A stretch of 64,000 nucleotides of DNA, from the NCBI GenBank assembly GCA_977018835.1, contig OZ361257.1, forward strand, positions 1 to 64,000, in the 5' to 3' direction. Below the pieces are notes generated by a model, which was given only the letters and a program-made list of their open reading frames with translations, was not told where the DNA came from and made no database searches. The first letter of the stretch is position 1. The number at the start of each line of letters is the position of its first letter. A program made the translations under genes and the position numbers. Shown piece after piece: positions 47,891 to 59,132 of the stretch. Source of the DNA: Minutocellus sp. GHC0000111 (Eukaryota).

Positions 47891-48796
47891 ATGGTGGACG
47901 CTACATGCGCCGACAATGAACTCACGTGGAAATCGTGGCTAGCCGCGAACAAGGGGAAGCTCCCGGCGATGCTCGTCGAGCACATCCAATGGGTGGCCGA
48001 TCACACCAACTCATTCGATGAGGCATGCATTGCCGAGAAGCCACCGACGATGGCCAGGCTCAGTGGTCTGCTCCGGAAAGGGAGAGCATCGTCTCATGCG
48101 GCTGGCGCGTCGACTTCCAATCATCGTCGTCCAACGCTTTTGCCAACCAAGCGACCCCTCACAGTAGCAGCACTCCAAGGAATGCTCGATCGGCAAAAAG
48201 ACGATGGAAAAGACCTCGACGAAGATTCAATACAATGGCTCTGCGATTGTCTCAAGGGATATCATCCCGGTGCGACCAAGCTGCCGTTGGAGAATTGGCT
48301 GTTCGATTCCTTCCTTTGCTCGGCTGAAGAAATTATACCTGGACTTTGGTTGGGTGGGTTCGCTGTGGCTCACGATCGTGCCAAGCTGGACGGTATGGGC
48401 ATTACTCATGTGCTATGTGTGGGTGGGAAGGCTCTTGCTGGTGGAGCAGAACATTATGCGCCGCCATTCGCAGATAGCTTGGAATATTTGGTTGTGGATG
48501 TTGATGATACGGAGAAATCCGCTGATGCAGAAGCACTGGGCACATGCTTTGAGAAATCGACGTCATATATCGACAATATATTTCAGATGAAGAAGAATGG
48601 TTCTGGCGCTGTATTGGTCCATTGCCTAGCAGGTGTTAGCCGATCATCATCGGTTGTTTGCGCGTTTCTAATATCTCGCCATAACATGTCAAGAGAGGAG
48701 GCCATTGGCATGGTTCGATCCGCTCGGCCGTGCGCCACACCAAACCCCGCCTTTTTGCAACAGCTTCGTAAGTGGGAAGGTAGGAACTTGACTTGA
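47891..48796 (+). CDS. Dual-specificity protein phosphatase
   Basis: IIPGLWLG, GITHVL, VHCLAGVSRS and PNPAFLQQL. Confidence 0.92.
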   Translation: MVDATCADNELTWKSWLAANKGKLPAMLVEHIQWVADHTNSFDEACIAEKPPTMARLSGLLRKGRASSHAAGASTSNHRRPTLLPTKRPLTVAALQGMLDRQKDDGKDLDEDSIQWLCDCLKGYHPGATKLPLENWLFDSFLCSAEEIIPGLWLGGFAVAHDRAKLDGMGITHVLCVGGKALAGGAEHYAPPFADSLEYLVVDVDDTEKSADAEALGTCFEKSTSYIDNIFQMKKNGSGAVLVHCLAGVSRSSSVVCAFLISRHNMSREEAIGMVRSARPCATPNPAFLQQLRKWEGRNLT

Positions 48797-48852
48797 AAAT
48801 ATTCTCCTAAGTTAGTACGCGAGTATGTAGAGCTAGAATTGTAAGCACATGC

Positions 48853-49467
48853 CTACCCAGTGGATGAGCCAGCAGCCTTACAGGCCTTCTTATGCTTCTT
48901 GTAGTCGGCTCTCTGGCACTCCACCGAGCAATAGTAGACTTCGAGCACAGGTTTGCATCGCGAGCACCTGGGCATCTTCTTGCCGATCGCCCGTTTACCA
49001 CATTTGGCGCACGGAGTGAGAGGATTGCCGAGGCGCTCTTCAAACTTGGAGAGCAAACCATCGACAATCTGAACTTGCTTCTCGGTGGTCATATCGTCTC
49101 CAACATTCTCGGGCTTTTGGGGTGGATTATCCTGGGCATTCGCATACCAGGCACGGTAGTTCATAAACTCGATCAACAGTGCCTTCTCCTCGTCGTTCAT
49201 GGGAGTGAATGCCGCCTCGGCCCACGGGCCAAAGGATCGGGTGGCCGAGATCCAACCCGAGGTAGGCCAGGTGGCACGAGATGACCAGGGTGGGGAGCCC
49301 ATCCAGCTCAGCCCCATGGCAGCTACGGCATCGTTCTGTTGGCCGACAGATGCGAGCTGTGCCTCGAAATCGCGCGATGCGTTGCGTGCAGCGTCGGATC
49401 GAGCCGATGATTCCAGCGTGGACCATGTAGCGCGAGCAAGTCGCGCGCATGTGGCGTCGTCGGCCAT
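48853..49467 (-). CDS. MYND zinc-finger protein
   Basis: CAKC..CSRC..YYCSVECQRADYKKHKKAC. Confidence 0.88.
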   Translation of the reverse strand: MADDATCARLARATWSTLESSARSDAARNASRDFEAQLASVGQQNDAVAAMGLSWMGSPPWSSRATWPTSGWISATRSFGPWAEAAFTPMNDEEKALLIEFMNYRAWYANAQDNPPQKPENVGDDMTTEKQVQIVDGLLSKFEERLGNPLTPCAKCGKRAIGKKMPRCSRCKPVLEVYYCSVECQRADYKKHKKACKAAGSSTG

Positions 49468-49867
49468 GGTGATAATATTCGCTTCCGGCAAAGTAGAAGT
49501 GAACTTTTTGGGCGAGGAATCGAATCGTCTCAAGGAGAAAGTTCCGACGAATGGCTGCAGAGTCGAATGAAGAATGAATCGCCTTCGTTACAGTAACTTA
49601 CTGCAGTAGTACGCGACACGTGGCACTGAGCACAGCGCTAGCGAGCAGAGTGTGTCGACATGCTGGCAGAATAAAGAAACAATACAGAATTCTCAGCCAG
49701 GTGGCGGCGCGTTGCTTTTGGGGTCGTTTTGGGGAGCAGATTAGACTGACGACGGAAAGGACCTCATCATGTGCAGCTGCTATACGCTATGCTGCTGCCG
49801 CTGCTGCCGGCTGACGAACGCAACGTGCAAACGTGAAGTGGTATCTTACCCAGCCAAAACCTCCACG

Positions 49868-50818
49868 ATGAACCGCGCCACGACCTCCCTCCTCGTTCTG
49901 CTGAGCCTCTGTTCTTGCGCGCTGGCCTTTTCGCTGCCGGCGGCGGCTTTGGCGTCTCAAACCGGCGCATCTCGTGCCGGCGTCAGCTTTGTGCCCCGAA
50001 GTGTGCCCCGAAGTGCCGCCACCACAAGTGCCGGTGGTGTCAGCGCTCGCCGAAGCTTGAGCCAATTCCTGCCCCTTCGAGGCGGTGCCGACGGTGAGGA
50101 AGACGTCGTCGCAGCGGTACCTGAGGAAGAAGATGTTTCTCCAGAGGCAGTTGCAGAGAAAGTGGAGGACGCCGTCGTCGAGGAGCCAGCTCCCGTAAGC
50201 GCCAAAGCGTCGCCGTCGGTCGCCCTCGCCGGCGCCCTGGCGCCAATCACGTCGGTCCTCCAGTCGGCCGGCGCCTCCTACTCCAACCTCCTCAACACCC
50301 GCCCCATCCTCACCAAGGCGGTCACTGCCTGCGCCATCTTTGGTCTGAGCGATTGGTCCGCCCAGCAGATTGAGGGCGGTGGCAGCGATGCCGACCAAGA
50401 CAAGAAGAAAAAGGATTGGACGCGAATCATCACCGCCTCCCTCGTCGGTCTGCTGTACTTTGGACCCGCGGCGCATGCGTGGTACGAAAAGATCTTTGAG
50501 ATTTTGCCCGGTACATCGCTGGTGTCAACCCTGCAGAAGGCGGCACTGGGACAGCTGCTCTTTGGACCCAGCTTCACCTGCGTGTTCTTCGCCACCTCGC
50601 TGATGCAATCGGGTACCTTTAGCCTTGGCAACTGGTTCCAAAAGATTCGGCAGGATCTGCCCGGTGCGTGGGCGGCCGGACTGTCGTTCTGGCCCCTGGT
50701 GGATTTGGTGTCGTACTCGCTGATTCCGGCCAAGTGGATCCCGCTCTTTGTCAACTTTTGCTCCTTTGTGTGGACCATCTACTTGTCAATGGTGGCGAAT
50801 CGTCGGCGGGAGGAGTAG
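49868..50818 (+). CDS. Mpv17/PMP22 family membrane protein with signal peptide and LRGG motif
   Basis: RPILTKAVT, Q.LFGP and FWP..DLV..FVN..W..YLS; N-terminal ALA|FS. Confidence 0.9.
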   Translation: MNRATTSLLVLLSLCSCALAFSLPAAALASQTGASRAGVSFVPRSVPRSAATTSAGGVSARRSLSQFLPLRGGADGEEDVVAAVPEEEDVSPEAVAEKVEDAVVEEPAPVSAKASPSVALAGALAPITSVLQSAGASYSNLLNTRPILTKAVTACAIFGLSDWSAQQIEGGGSDADQDKKKKDWTRIITASLVGLLYFGPAAHAWYEKIFEILPGTSLVSTLQKAALGQLLFGPSFTCVFFATSLMQSGTFSLGNWFQKIRQDLPGAWAAGLSFWPLVDLVSYSLIPAKWIPLFVNFCSFVWTIYLSMVANRRREE

Positions 50819-51285
50819 AGATGCATACGCATAGATTCGATTCTTCATTGGGCGGGAGGCGAAGAGAGCGAAGTTTTTCTGGAGTGAAAATTGATACATA
50901 ATGCACCTCTTTCGCCTGCCTGTATGTGCAAAACGCTTCCTCGGAGTGATTACTAGCTATGCTATTGTCTTACTCTATAAATTATGTGTGTGTCGCAACG
51001 GCATTGCCGACGCTGGTCACCACTCCAACTCATGTATGTGCATATGCTGGGATGTCGGAGACGCAAGCTGGAGACAACACGCCAACGCCAACAAAAGAAT
51101 ATCCCAACCCACCATGCGGTCAGCTGGCGCATACTACTTCTCACTTCTCGCATCAGTCGGTATCTCTGTCCAACCTATAATATCCAGTAGCTCCTATTCG
51201 ATTTATATTTACAACAATACAGTATTACAGTACCGTCGACAGCCAGCTACTATCTAGTACCATTCCCGACACAATCTCGCACACA

Positions 51286-53064
51286 ATGAAAAGCTATTGG
51301 ACGGTCTTTCTTATCGGCCTGGTTCTTCTCCCCATTGGAGTCGGCGCCGATGATAGAATGTTGTCACAAACAAATCTTCGGGGTTCATCTCTCTCCGCAC
51401 TTCCACCAAGGCACGTGCTCGAAGAAATGGCCAATGCGTCCGGCGACGACGACGATGTGGCGGCCCACGAAGCCAACTCTCGTCAGCGCAAGCAAGATCT
51501 TTTCCAAGCCCGAAGTAATGACTTTGACGACGATGTCATTGCAGCATACGAATCATCCAACGATGAGTCTTCGTTTTCACAGATGGCTCCGTTTCGGACG
51601 TCGACTCCAATCGATGGACTACCTGCCAACACCTCTTCTTCTATTGATGATAATGAGTCAACTTCTGCCGGCATCTTTCACCAAGCTCCGTCGCACCCCG
51701 CTGATCCAAATTTATCATCTATAGAGCACCCACATCTCGCCAGTACAGCCGTTACTCCAACCAATGATCCTCTTACTGCCACAACGGCCGAGCTAACTAC
51801 ACTCGATCCCCTCGAAAATGACCTCACCCCATCTCACGCCCCCTCTTCTCAGCCCGAATACAACGATAACACAGTAGTTATTGCCCGATATCACCAAGAG
51901 GATATTATTGCAGAAGCAAATATTGACGAGCAACTACAAGGTGGCGCTGGAAGCACTGAGGAGCTACTGCCATCGTCACAGTCAGAGCAAGATCTTGGTA
52001 GTATATCTCCGACGGGCAACAAGAAGTCTAAACAAATCGTTCCAGCACTACTCACTGGATTTGCATCGATGGTACTCTTCTTTGCCCTTTTCCTTGTCTC
52101 CGCGAATCAAAGAGAGCAATACATCCAACGCAAGTGGGAACAAGAACAAATTCGTCGAGCTGCCTTAACCGACGATGGAAGCTGCGGCAGGAGCGTTAGG
52201 TCAAGTCAGGCCTACAGTGAACCGTTCGATGATGTATACGGTGAGGCGGTTGAAGACGGCCGTAGTCTGTATAGCCGAAGCTCCGCCAAGAGGGGAGACA
52301 GTAGTGACGGGGGTGGGTCTTACTGGGTCCAAGCTGTGGTGAAGAAGATCGCAGACAGAAATAGAAACGATGAAGCCAAGCATCATCAGACGAATATCTT
52401 ACCCCCTCTCGACGGCGACGAAAACAGTGGAGCAGACGATGATGAGTCATCATTTGCCGGTCTTTCCTTGGTCTCGAGTTTGACTCAGAGCTTGATGACA
52501 TTTGGATCGGCGCTATGGCCCAGCGAAGAAGCTTCGTTGGATCTTGGCCCGTCGTCACGAAGAGTTGCTGCACAATCCAAGCGATCATCAGTTGCCAGCT
52601 CCGAGAAGGAGTCTCTCGACGGCGAAGATAGCGCAATAGCCCATCTTCATCAGACAAATTCAAATGAAGATGCGGGTGGATCTGTTTGCTCGAGTCTCAC
52701 AGACGGTACCAGCACTACACTCAAATCAGAAGAATTTGAAGAAGCGCCTGGCGGTAGAGGTGGTCATAATGGTGCGTGTATGCCTGCTATCGATGAGGAT
52801 GGTGTCCATGACGAAGAGACTCGTCGAACATCCCTCTATTCGCCGTCTACGAGAAAGGATATCAGCACCGACTCGACCCAAACGCAATCGACTGTACTAG
52901 ATGATTCGTCTTCTCTCGACTTGGCATCTGAATTAGCACGGCTTCAGAATCTCATTGGAAGCATTGATCCTGGAAATGATTTCTGCGAGCGTGATATGGT
53001 CTTCAAGAGTCTCTCTGAAGAGTCTTTTGACCTTGGAGTTGCCGAAGGTCGGGAGGAAATCTAG
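51286..53064 (+). CDS. Signal-peptide, single-TM disordered protein
   Basis: 592-aa ORF with a hydrophobic N-terminus and one central TM helix. Confidence 0.7.
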   Translation: MKSYWTVFLIGLVLLPIGVGADDRMLSQTNLRGSSLSALPPRHVLEEMANASGDDDDVAAHEANSRQRKQDLFQARSNDFDDDVIAAYESSNDESSFSQMAPFRTSTPIDGLPANTSSSIDDNESTSAGIFHQAPSHPADPNLSSIEHPHLASTAVTPTNDPLTATTAELTTLDPLENDLTPSHAPSSQPEYNDNTVVIARYHQEDIIAEANIDEQLQGGAGSTEELLPSSQSEQDLGSISPTGNKKSKQIVPALLTGFASMVLFFALFLVSANQREQYIQRKWEQEQIRRAALTDDGSCGRSVRSSQAYSEPFDDVYGEAVEDGRSLYSRSSAKRGDSSDGGGSYWVQAVVKKIADRNRNDEAKHHQTNILPPLDGDENSGADDDESSFAGLSLVSSLTQSLMTFGSALWPSEEASLDLGPSSRRVAAQSKRSSVASSEKESLDGEDSAIAHLHQTNSNEDAGGSVCSSLTDGTSTTLKSEEFEEAPGGRGGHNGACMPAIDEDGVHDEETRRTSLYSPSTRKDISTDSTQTQSTVLDDSSSLDLASELARLQNLIGSIDPGNDFCERDMVFKSLSEESFDLGVAEGREEI

Positions 53065-53154
53065 CTATTTCGAAGAGGATTATTGTTGCACACAAGCAGA
53101 AGGTACCCAGATTTGTTTGAGTAAGTAAAAAAGTAAATTAAGTTAGATCAATCA

Positions 53155-56100
53155 TTATGCTTCCTTTAGCAAAGTCGGTCCCAATATGCTCAAACAGTGT
53201 TCGTGATCTTTTGGGTGGCCAAAGCCACCGTTGGGCTTTCCAGGCATGGGTTTCATTGCACCACCTACATGAACAATCCCCGATCCGTGATATGGTTGCG
53301 GAATGTGCCAATTTGCTGCAGCTCGTTGAAGCTTGGCCTTGTCGCGTTTGCCTGCCTTTGTTGTTGCTTCTTCGTTGTTGACGTGCATGCCATCGAGTCC
53401 AATATGCTGTACCTGAGCAATTGACGGAGCCAAGACTTTGTACGGTATGAGATTCTTATTTGCCAACCAAACCACACTCCAATCCCAATTATATTCATCT
53501 CGATGGCAAAACTCGTCTTTTGCGTTGACAATTTTTTGCCATGTCTTTCGACCGATGGCCATCGGTCCAGTACGAAATGTGATTTCGTACCAATCCTGTC
53601 CTCCCTGATTTCCGCGCTCTCGGTGTACACCACCGTCGGTAATGTCAAGCACAACGCCAAAGTAGTTGGGATTCTTGCTAGCCAGGTAAAGTCCTTGTGT
53701 GACAGTTTCGTACATACTTGGCGAAACGACGTAGTCCTCTTCCATGATGAACATTTCATCGGCCGTTATCTTTGAGTCAAATTCAAGTTCATCGAAGACA
53801 TGCTTCATCATCCAGGTCCAGTGATGCTTCGCGCATGTGGCCCAAGAAGACCTGGGATTTCCATAGGTGTCGCCAGCATACCCTTCGTTGAGCTTGGCGT
53901 CATCGCCAGGGAAGGACTTGGGATGATCGTAGCATGCGTGCGGATGGAAGATTTGGATGATATTAAACTCCGCCTTGAGCGTTTCCACATACTCGACCAT
54001 TTTAGGTACGTGTCCATCGTGGCTTACTATCAACGGCACGCTTTCCTTGGGAAAATCTGAATTGCGAAGAGAATCAATCGCATGCTTGAAATCATCCACT
54101 CGCTTATGAACCATGTACACAAACGGAACGACATTGCCTCCACCTGAAGCATCCAGATTATAGACTTTTTTGGCCGCTTCCACAATGGCTTCTGGTGACA
54201 CCCCGCCGCCCTCGTTTGCACTGCCATTGCCCTTCGGAGTGCCAAATACCTCGAGAGGGTGATTAAGGTCATCCCACATTCGCTTGCACACTTTTGTAAT
54301 CTCAAACTCAGTCGATGGGTTGCTGTCATACTTCTCGGTCTCAAGAAGTAGTCTCAGACGGGTTCTTGTCAGCACATTGTCTCTGACGCCTTGGCCAAGT
54401 CCTCGCTCATCGTCTCTACGGAGTCTTCGATCAAGCCAAACATCAATGCTACCATTCTGTAACGAGGCCGTTCCTTGAGCATGTTCGCTCAGCACGGTGA
54501 ATCGCCGAGACGAATCTTCAATGGAAGCGAGAGTGGGCATGGGAAAGACCTGGCTTTGGATTGGGAGGTCCGCTCGGAAGTGATGCGTATCGAAGTTGGC
54601 TCCATTCAGATCCGTATGGAAAATGCCATCGTTGGCAATTGGCGCTGTAAACCGCACAAACCATTCCTCATTGTCCGTTTCCAGCTTGGTCTTGAAGATG
54701 AAATCAAAAACTGTCGCCGTTCCTTCTTCAGAATCATCTGGGATCTTCTTTTCAATGATTGTACGCTTCCATTTCGATGTCGATACAACAAATCCACCCT
54801 CTTCGATGGTCACTTGTTCCCCTGTTTCCTTGAGGTATTCCGCCATCTTTCCAGGAAAGAAAAGGTAGGCACCGCCGCGTTGAACCTTCCAGATCATCCA
54901 CTCTTCTTTCAACGGGTGTGTCATCATACCGGTAGCTGGGTCGAACTTGATAGAAGACGCTGCTGCATTCTCAGACCCGGCCTTTTCGCAAGGTAGCGAC
55001 GCTTGAATGGTTTCGTGCGGTGGAATGATTGTTTCGCCGCAATTCTGATCAACTGGGAGTGGATTGAAAACATATGTCGGTTGCGATACGTCGCAAGCAA
55101 AGTGGCCCAGTGATCGAGGGGCTTTCGACTTCCAGCAGGATCGGAGCGATTCATTCTCGGCCCTTGTTTGAACTTGACTGGACATCCACTCCTGTACAGT
55201 ATCAATAGCATTGCGCATGTACCGGGCGTAATCTTCAACCACGTGGTCCTTGGCCGTTCCAGTAACCCCATCGTGATGCTGGAAAAGACTGAGCGATCGT
55301 CTTGGTTCGCGCATCTCCTCGGCCGACGCACCCATGGCCGATGCCGCATACAAAACCTGTTCCAACTTTCGATCCAGCGCTTTGTCAAAGACTCTCGACG
55401 TAAAGTATCCCGACCAATAGTCTTCATCCCGATCGGCATAAGTGAAAAATGATCCCTTTAGTACCGGGGGTTTGAACTTTCCCTGGACGGCATTGAAATA
55501 GTCCGAAAGCGTACCGAACTGTAATTGGACTCCTCGCACGTTATCATTCAGGTAGTCCATAATCTTCTGGTAGTTGACGTACTGATACTCGGCCTCCTCA
55601 TCAGTTCGATATCGGAAATCGTCACCGAGTGGTGCCAGGACAACATTGGACCGATACAACGACGCCTTCTTCTGATATTGATCCAGCAGTAGCCGCGCCC
55701 GTTCGGCAACGTTGGACGATGATATTCTTTGAGGTTCCTTGTGCCAAGGACAGCCGCCGTAGCCTCTGTCCAGCCGGGCAAAGTCAAACTGGCAACACAC
55801 GCTAGGATCTGGACCGCAGGTATGCGGCACATCATATGAATAAAAGGGCATCACGTGCGTGAAAATGTCCTGCTGTCCCGTCTCGTCGTAGGTCTGACGC
55901 CACATGAACTCCAAATGCTTCCTCTGCGCCAGCTCCTTCTTGACGGCGTAATGAACACGCTGGATGAGCATCCCCTCGAAACCATAATCCTTGAGAATGT
56001 CCGCCATGGTAGGAGAATAACCAAACGGGTCGATGGACCACCCATACTTGGGAATAACGTCTTCTCCAAACGTTTGTCGGAGCCAATCATGGCCCTCCTG

Positions 56101-57519
56101 CAATTGTACCTCGATGGCATATCGCTGCGTATTGGCTTCGTCCGGTTGGACCCATCCCCCGGACACGAATTCCAACTGCCCGCTGGCCACGAGCTTACGG
56201 GTCTCCTCCTGCGTGGCCTTGTCCTGTTCTCTCCACCACCATTCAAAGTAGGATATTTCGGCCCAAATGAATTTCCGTCGCTTGTCCTTTCGCAGTGCAT
56301 TGTACACCGACGTTAGGATGCCACTGGTCTGAGAACGGAAGTAGTCGTCAAAGGTTTTGATCCAACCCGGATCACAGTGAGCATGGGGAATCACAAACAC
56401 CTGCAGCGGATTGGCCGGATCCAGTGGCGTCGGTTCGACGTCCCACCCCTGCTTCCACGCCCCACCGTCGGGATTGGCAAAGGGCAGCGTTGCGGTTAGG
56501 TCGCGCATGTCGATGAAATCATTGGTCGCGTCGGTGGTATCACTGGTCTGTGTGGTGATGGCAATGGGCTTGCGAACCTGGGCCAGGGCCGCCAGGTCGG
56601 CGCGCTGATGATATCCCGTATCGCCATACTCCCACCTTGGTTTGGACCCCGGCGCGCGTTTCTTGTCGTTGTTGGCTTTGTTGGCGCTAATGCCTCCACC
56701 ACTCTTATTCTTCTTGGGCTGGTCAGCATTGTTTTGGTGTGCAGTAGCACCAGCACCACGGAGCATGCCTCCCTTATCACCCCCTCGAACGGCACCGACC
56801 GCCATCTCCTCCAACGTTTCGGCCTTCTCCATGACATTCCGCTCGATCTCCATCCCCCGTTCGAGCATCTTGGCCTCCCACTCCTCGGCCTTGGTCCAAG
56901 CCTCGGCGAGGTTGCGTTCGGCCACCTCCTCGACCTGGCGCAGCCGTTGCCGTCCGAGTTCCGGGTCGACCCGCAACTGTTTCAGCTTGGAAAGTACATT
57001 GTTGTTTGATCCATCTTCTTGCTGTTTTTGTGATTGTGGATATAAATCAGACGATGCGGACTTGGATTTCATCCGTCGGGGATGCTGCTCCGGTCCTTGT
57101 GCTGGTTGTTGGATGGTCAAAAACATGGCGCCGAAGGATACCACCCAAACGGCGGCCAGTGTGAGCAGACCGACCCGCAGAGACCTGGCGTAGGCACCGC
57201 CGGCATCCCCTCCTTTAGTTGCTGCAGCTGCTGGCTTTGAATGCGGACCAGCAGTGCCACCACCAGCGCCACCCCGCCGCCGGGTCAAATGAGGCGCCGG
57301 AGCCGGTCGGCCGCCATTGAGCAATCCCGCCCGGCTGGTGTTGCTGTTATTATTTGCCGCCAATTGTTGGTGCTGACCATTGCTATTGGCGTTCGATCCG
57401 GCGCCGTTCGAGGCGGTGCCATTGCCGCTACTTCGTCTCATTGCTGACTGGTCTTTTGTGGACCTTGGAGGGACTGTAGACTGTAGATCTGCTCTACTGC
57501 GCATGGCAACACGATGCAT
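53155..57519 (-). CDS. Golgi alpha-mannosidase II (GH38) fused to a C-terminal GlcNAc-transferase II (GT16/MGAT2) domain; start uncertain (57519, 57504 or 57441)
   Basis: Type II TM anchor; HAHCDPGW, WAEISY, IDPFG, LGDDF, YWSGYF and FQHHDG (GH38); LIVSHDG, FPGDD, YGNPR, KHHW, MEED and FC..DEYNWDWS (GT16). Confidence 0.92.
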   Translation of the reverse strand: MHRVAMRSRADLQSTVPPRSTKDQSAMRRSSGNGTASNGAGSNANSNGQHQQLAANNNSNTSRAGLLNGGRPAPAPHLTRRRGGAGGGTAGPHSKPAAAATKGGDAGGAYARSLRVGLLTLAAVWVVSFGAMFLTIQQPAQGPEQHPRRMKSKSASSDLYPQSQKQQEDGSNNNVLSKLKQLRVDPELGRQRLRQVEEVAERNLAEAWTKAEEWEAKMLERGMEIERNVMEKAETLEEMAVGAVRGGDKGGMLRGAGATAHQNNADQPKKNKSGGGISANKANNDKKRAPGSKPRWEYGDTGYHQRADLAALAQVRKPIAITTQTSDTTDATNDFIDMRDLTATLPFANPDGGAWKQGWDVEPTPLDPANPLQVFVIPHAHCDPGWIKTFDDYFRSQTSGILTSVYNALRKDKRRKFIWAEISYFEWWWREQDKATQEETRKLVASGQLEFVSGGWVQPDEANTQRYAIEVQLQEGHDWLRQTFGEDVIPKYGWSIDPFGYSPTMADILKDYGFEGMLIQRVHYAVKKELAQRKHLEFMWRQTYDETGQQDIFTHVMPFYSYDVPHTCGPDPSVCCQFDFARLDRGYGGCPWHKEPQRISSSNVAERARLLLDQYQKKASLYRSNVVLAPLGDDFRYRTDEEAEYQYVNYQKIMDYLNDNVRGVQLQFGTLSDYFNAVQGKFKPPVLKGSFFTYADRDEDYWSGYFTSRVFDKALDRKLEQVLYAASAMGASAEEMREPRRSLSLFQHHDGVTGTAKDHVVEDYARYMRNAIDTVQEWMSSQVQTRAENESLRSCWKSKAPRSLGHFACDVSQPTYVFNPLPVDQNCGETIIPPHETIQASLPCEKAGSENAAASSIKFDPATGMMTHPLKEEWMIWKVQRGGAYLFFPGKMAEYLKETGEQVTIEEGGFVVSTSKWKRTIIEKKIPDDSEEGTATVFDFIFKTKLETDNEEWFVRFTAPIANDGIFHTDLNGANFDTHHFRADLPIQSQVFPMPTLASIEDSSRRFTVLSEHAQGTASLQNGSIDVWLDRRLRRDDERGLGQGVRDNVLTRTRLRLLLETEKYDSNPSTEFEITKVCKRMWDDLNHPLEVFGTPKGNGSANEGGGVSPEAIVEAAKKVYNLDASGGGNVVPFVYMVHKRVDDFKHAIDSLRNSDFPKESVPLIVSHDGHVPKMVEYVETLKAEFNIIQIFHPHACYDHPKSFPGDDAKLNEGYAGDTYGNPRSSWATCAKHHWTWMMKHVFDELEFDSKITADEMFIMEEDYVVSPSMYETVTQGLYLASKNPNYFGVVLDITDGGVHRERGNQGGQDWYEITFRTGPMAIGRKTWQKIVNAKDEFCHRDEYNWDWSVVWLANKNLIPYKVLAPSIAQVQHIGLDGMHVNNEEATTKAGKRDKAKLQRAAANWHIPQPYHGSGIVHVGGAMKPMPGKPNGGFGHPKDHEHCLSILGPTLLKEA

Positions 57520-58042
57520 GGCATGGCTGTCCTCATTTTTTTGATAAATGAAAAAGGAAATTACATGGTGTAATGGAAGAAAGATCCGCGGAGTGCTGTT
57601 GCCGTTGTGAAGAAGGCTTGCTTGCTTGCACGATCTCAAAACGGGATCGGGGGCGGGGCGCGACATGCATATGCATTGCAACATGCATCACCTTTGATTT
57701 GTCGACCATGCGCGGTTCATGTGAGTGCGAGGTTCAAGTCACTTGCTGCAGCACACGCAATGCCTTTTCCTTCGGGAGCTTGCGGGAATTTGGCGAAAAG
57801 GTGTGTTTTGGGAGTCCCACGAAACATTTTGTGATTTTCGACCTCGCAGACATGTTTCGCCTTGACGTAAAAGAGACGCCAATTTTGCGTAAAATTTACG
57901 TAAAGTATACGTCAAGGAAACATCAATTTGACGCCGAGTCGATCCTTCTTCCTGTGTCGCATGCCATGCAAAAGCTTTCCGACAAGAGTCTCCATCGGAC
58001 TGCCATCGCTCTTTGCGCTTGTTGGCACCGGCGCTGTCAACA

Positions 58043-59132
58043 CTATCCATCCCCGCCTGAGCAGCTACTGTCCGTTTGCGCCTGTCCTTGGCAATTGAAT
58101 CGGTCGGTGTTGAGGCCGAGTGGGATCGGGGTGATGGCCTTGAGAGGCACGTTCTCATGCATCATGCCGCCACCAAAAGGCTTCTCATGCTGGACATCGC
58201 AAAGAGTGCCTCCACCGACACCTCGACTGACCATAACAAATCCCTTGCCCTCAGGCCGATTCATGTTGGGACTGAAGTCGGCAGACACAAGGACATGTTC
58301 CCCAGTGCTGATGATGGCAGGTCGCATGTTGTTAGTTTAGTTGTCTTCCACTCTCATTGCTTTCTTGCGTTCGGGTGGTGGTGCATCCGTCGGCATCCTG
58401 TGCGACCGAAGATGTTCACGCATTTGTACCCTCTGCTCCAAATGACGCATCGCCTCCTTCATTTTGTTCCTTTTCTTCCCGGCATCGACCATGGCCTTTT
58501 CATCCTTCCGCTTTTCTCGTTGTTTCAAGGCATCCCTTAGCCCTTTCAAAGCCTCCTCTGCAGCTTTGTGTTGCGCTTCGGCCTCAACCAGCAGCACATC
58601 CAAATTCTCCTCGGTCGATCCACCAGAATTGGCGGTGCCGGCAGCAGAAACACCGACACTGGCAGGATTGCCAGATTCTTTTCACTGTTGCCGCTTCTTC
58701 CATCCACCACCATGGACTCGGCGATGCCCCCCCAGCTTCGACATTGTCATCACCAGGACGAGCAGCGATGCCAGCATTGTCCTCGACCGTCGGCTCAGGG
58801 CTGGCATCGGCGTTGTTGGATGACGAATTGCGCCGATCCGGCACATCTTGTGCCGGATCAGGACTGGTCTGGCTCGGACAGCACAGCTCCTCCTCTCGGG
58901 CTTGCTCCACAACATCCTGCTGTTTCTGAAGTGAGAGGCCCGCCCATGCCCGGTTCGCTATGGTCTGGATCATCCCAGGAGACTTGCCACGAATCGTAGA
59001 GGCATCGATGGTGCCGCTCCGATGGACAAAATAATCAAAGCATGGGATGGAGCTGCCGGACCGACGGGAGCGGCGACATGCTGGCGCATCAGCTGCGGTG
59101 GCAGCAGCAGCAACAGCCACTTGCATTAACAT
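58043..59132 (-). pseudogene. Fragmented coding relic, possibly transposon-derived
   Basis: A chain of short broken ORFs (coiled coil, then VLVSADFSPNMNRPEGKGFV..) in strongly TpA-depleted DNA. Confidence 0.4.
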
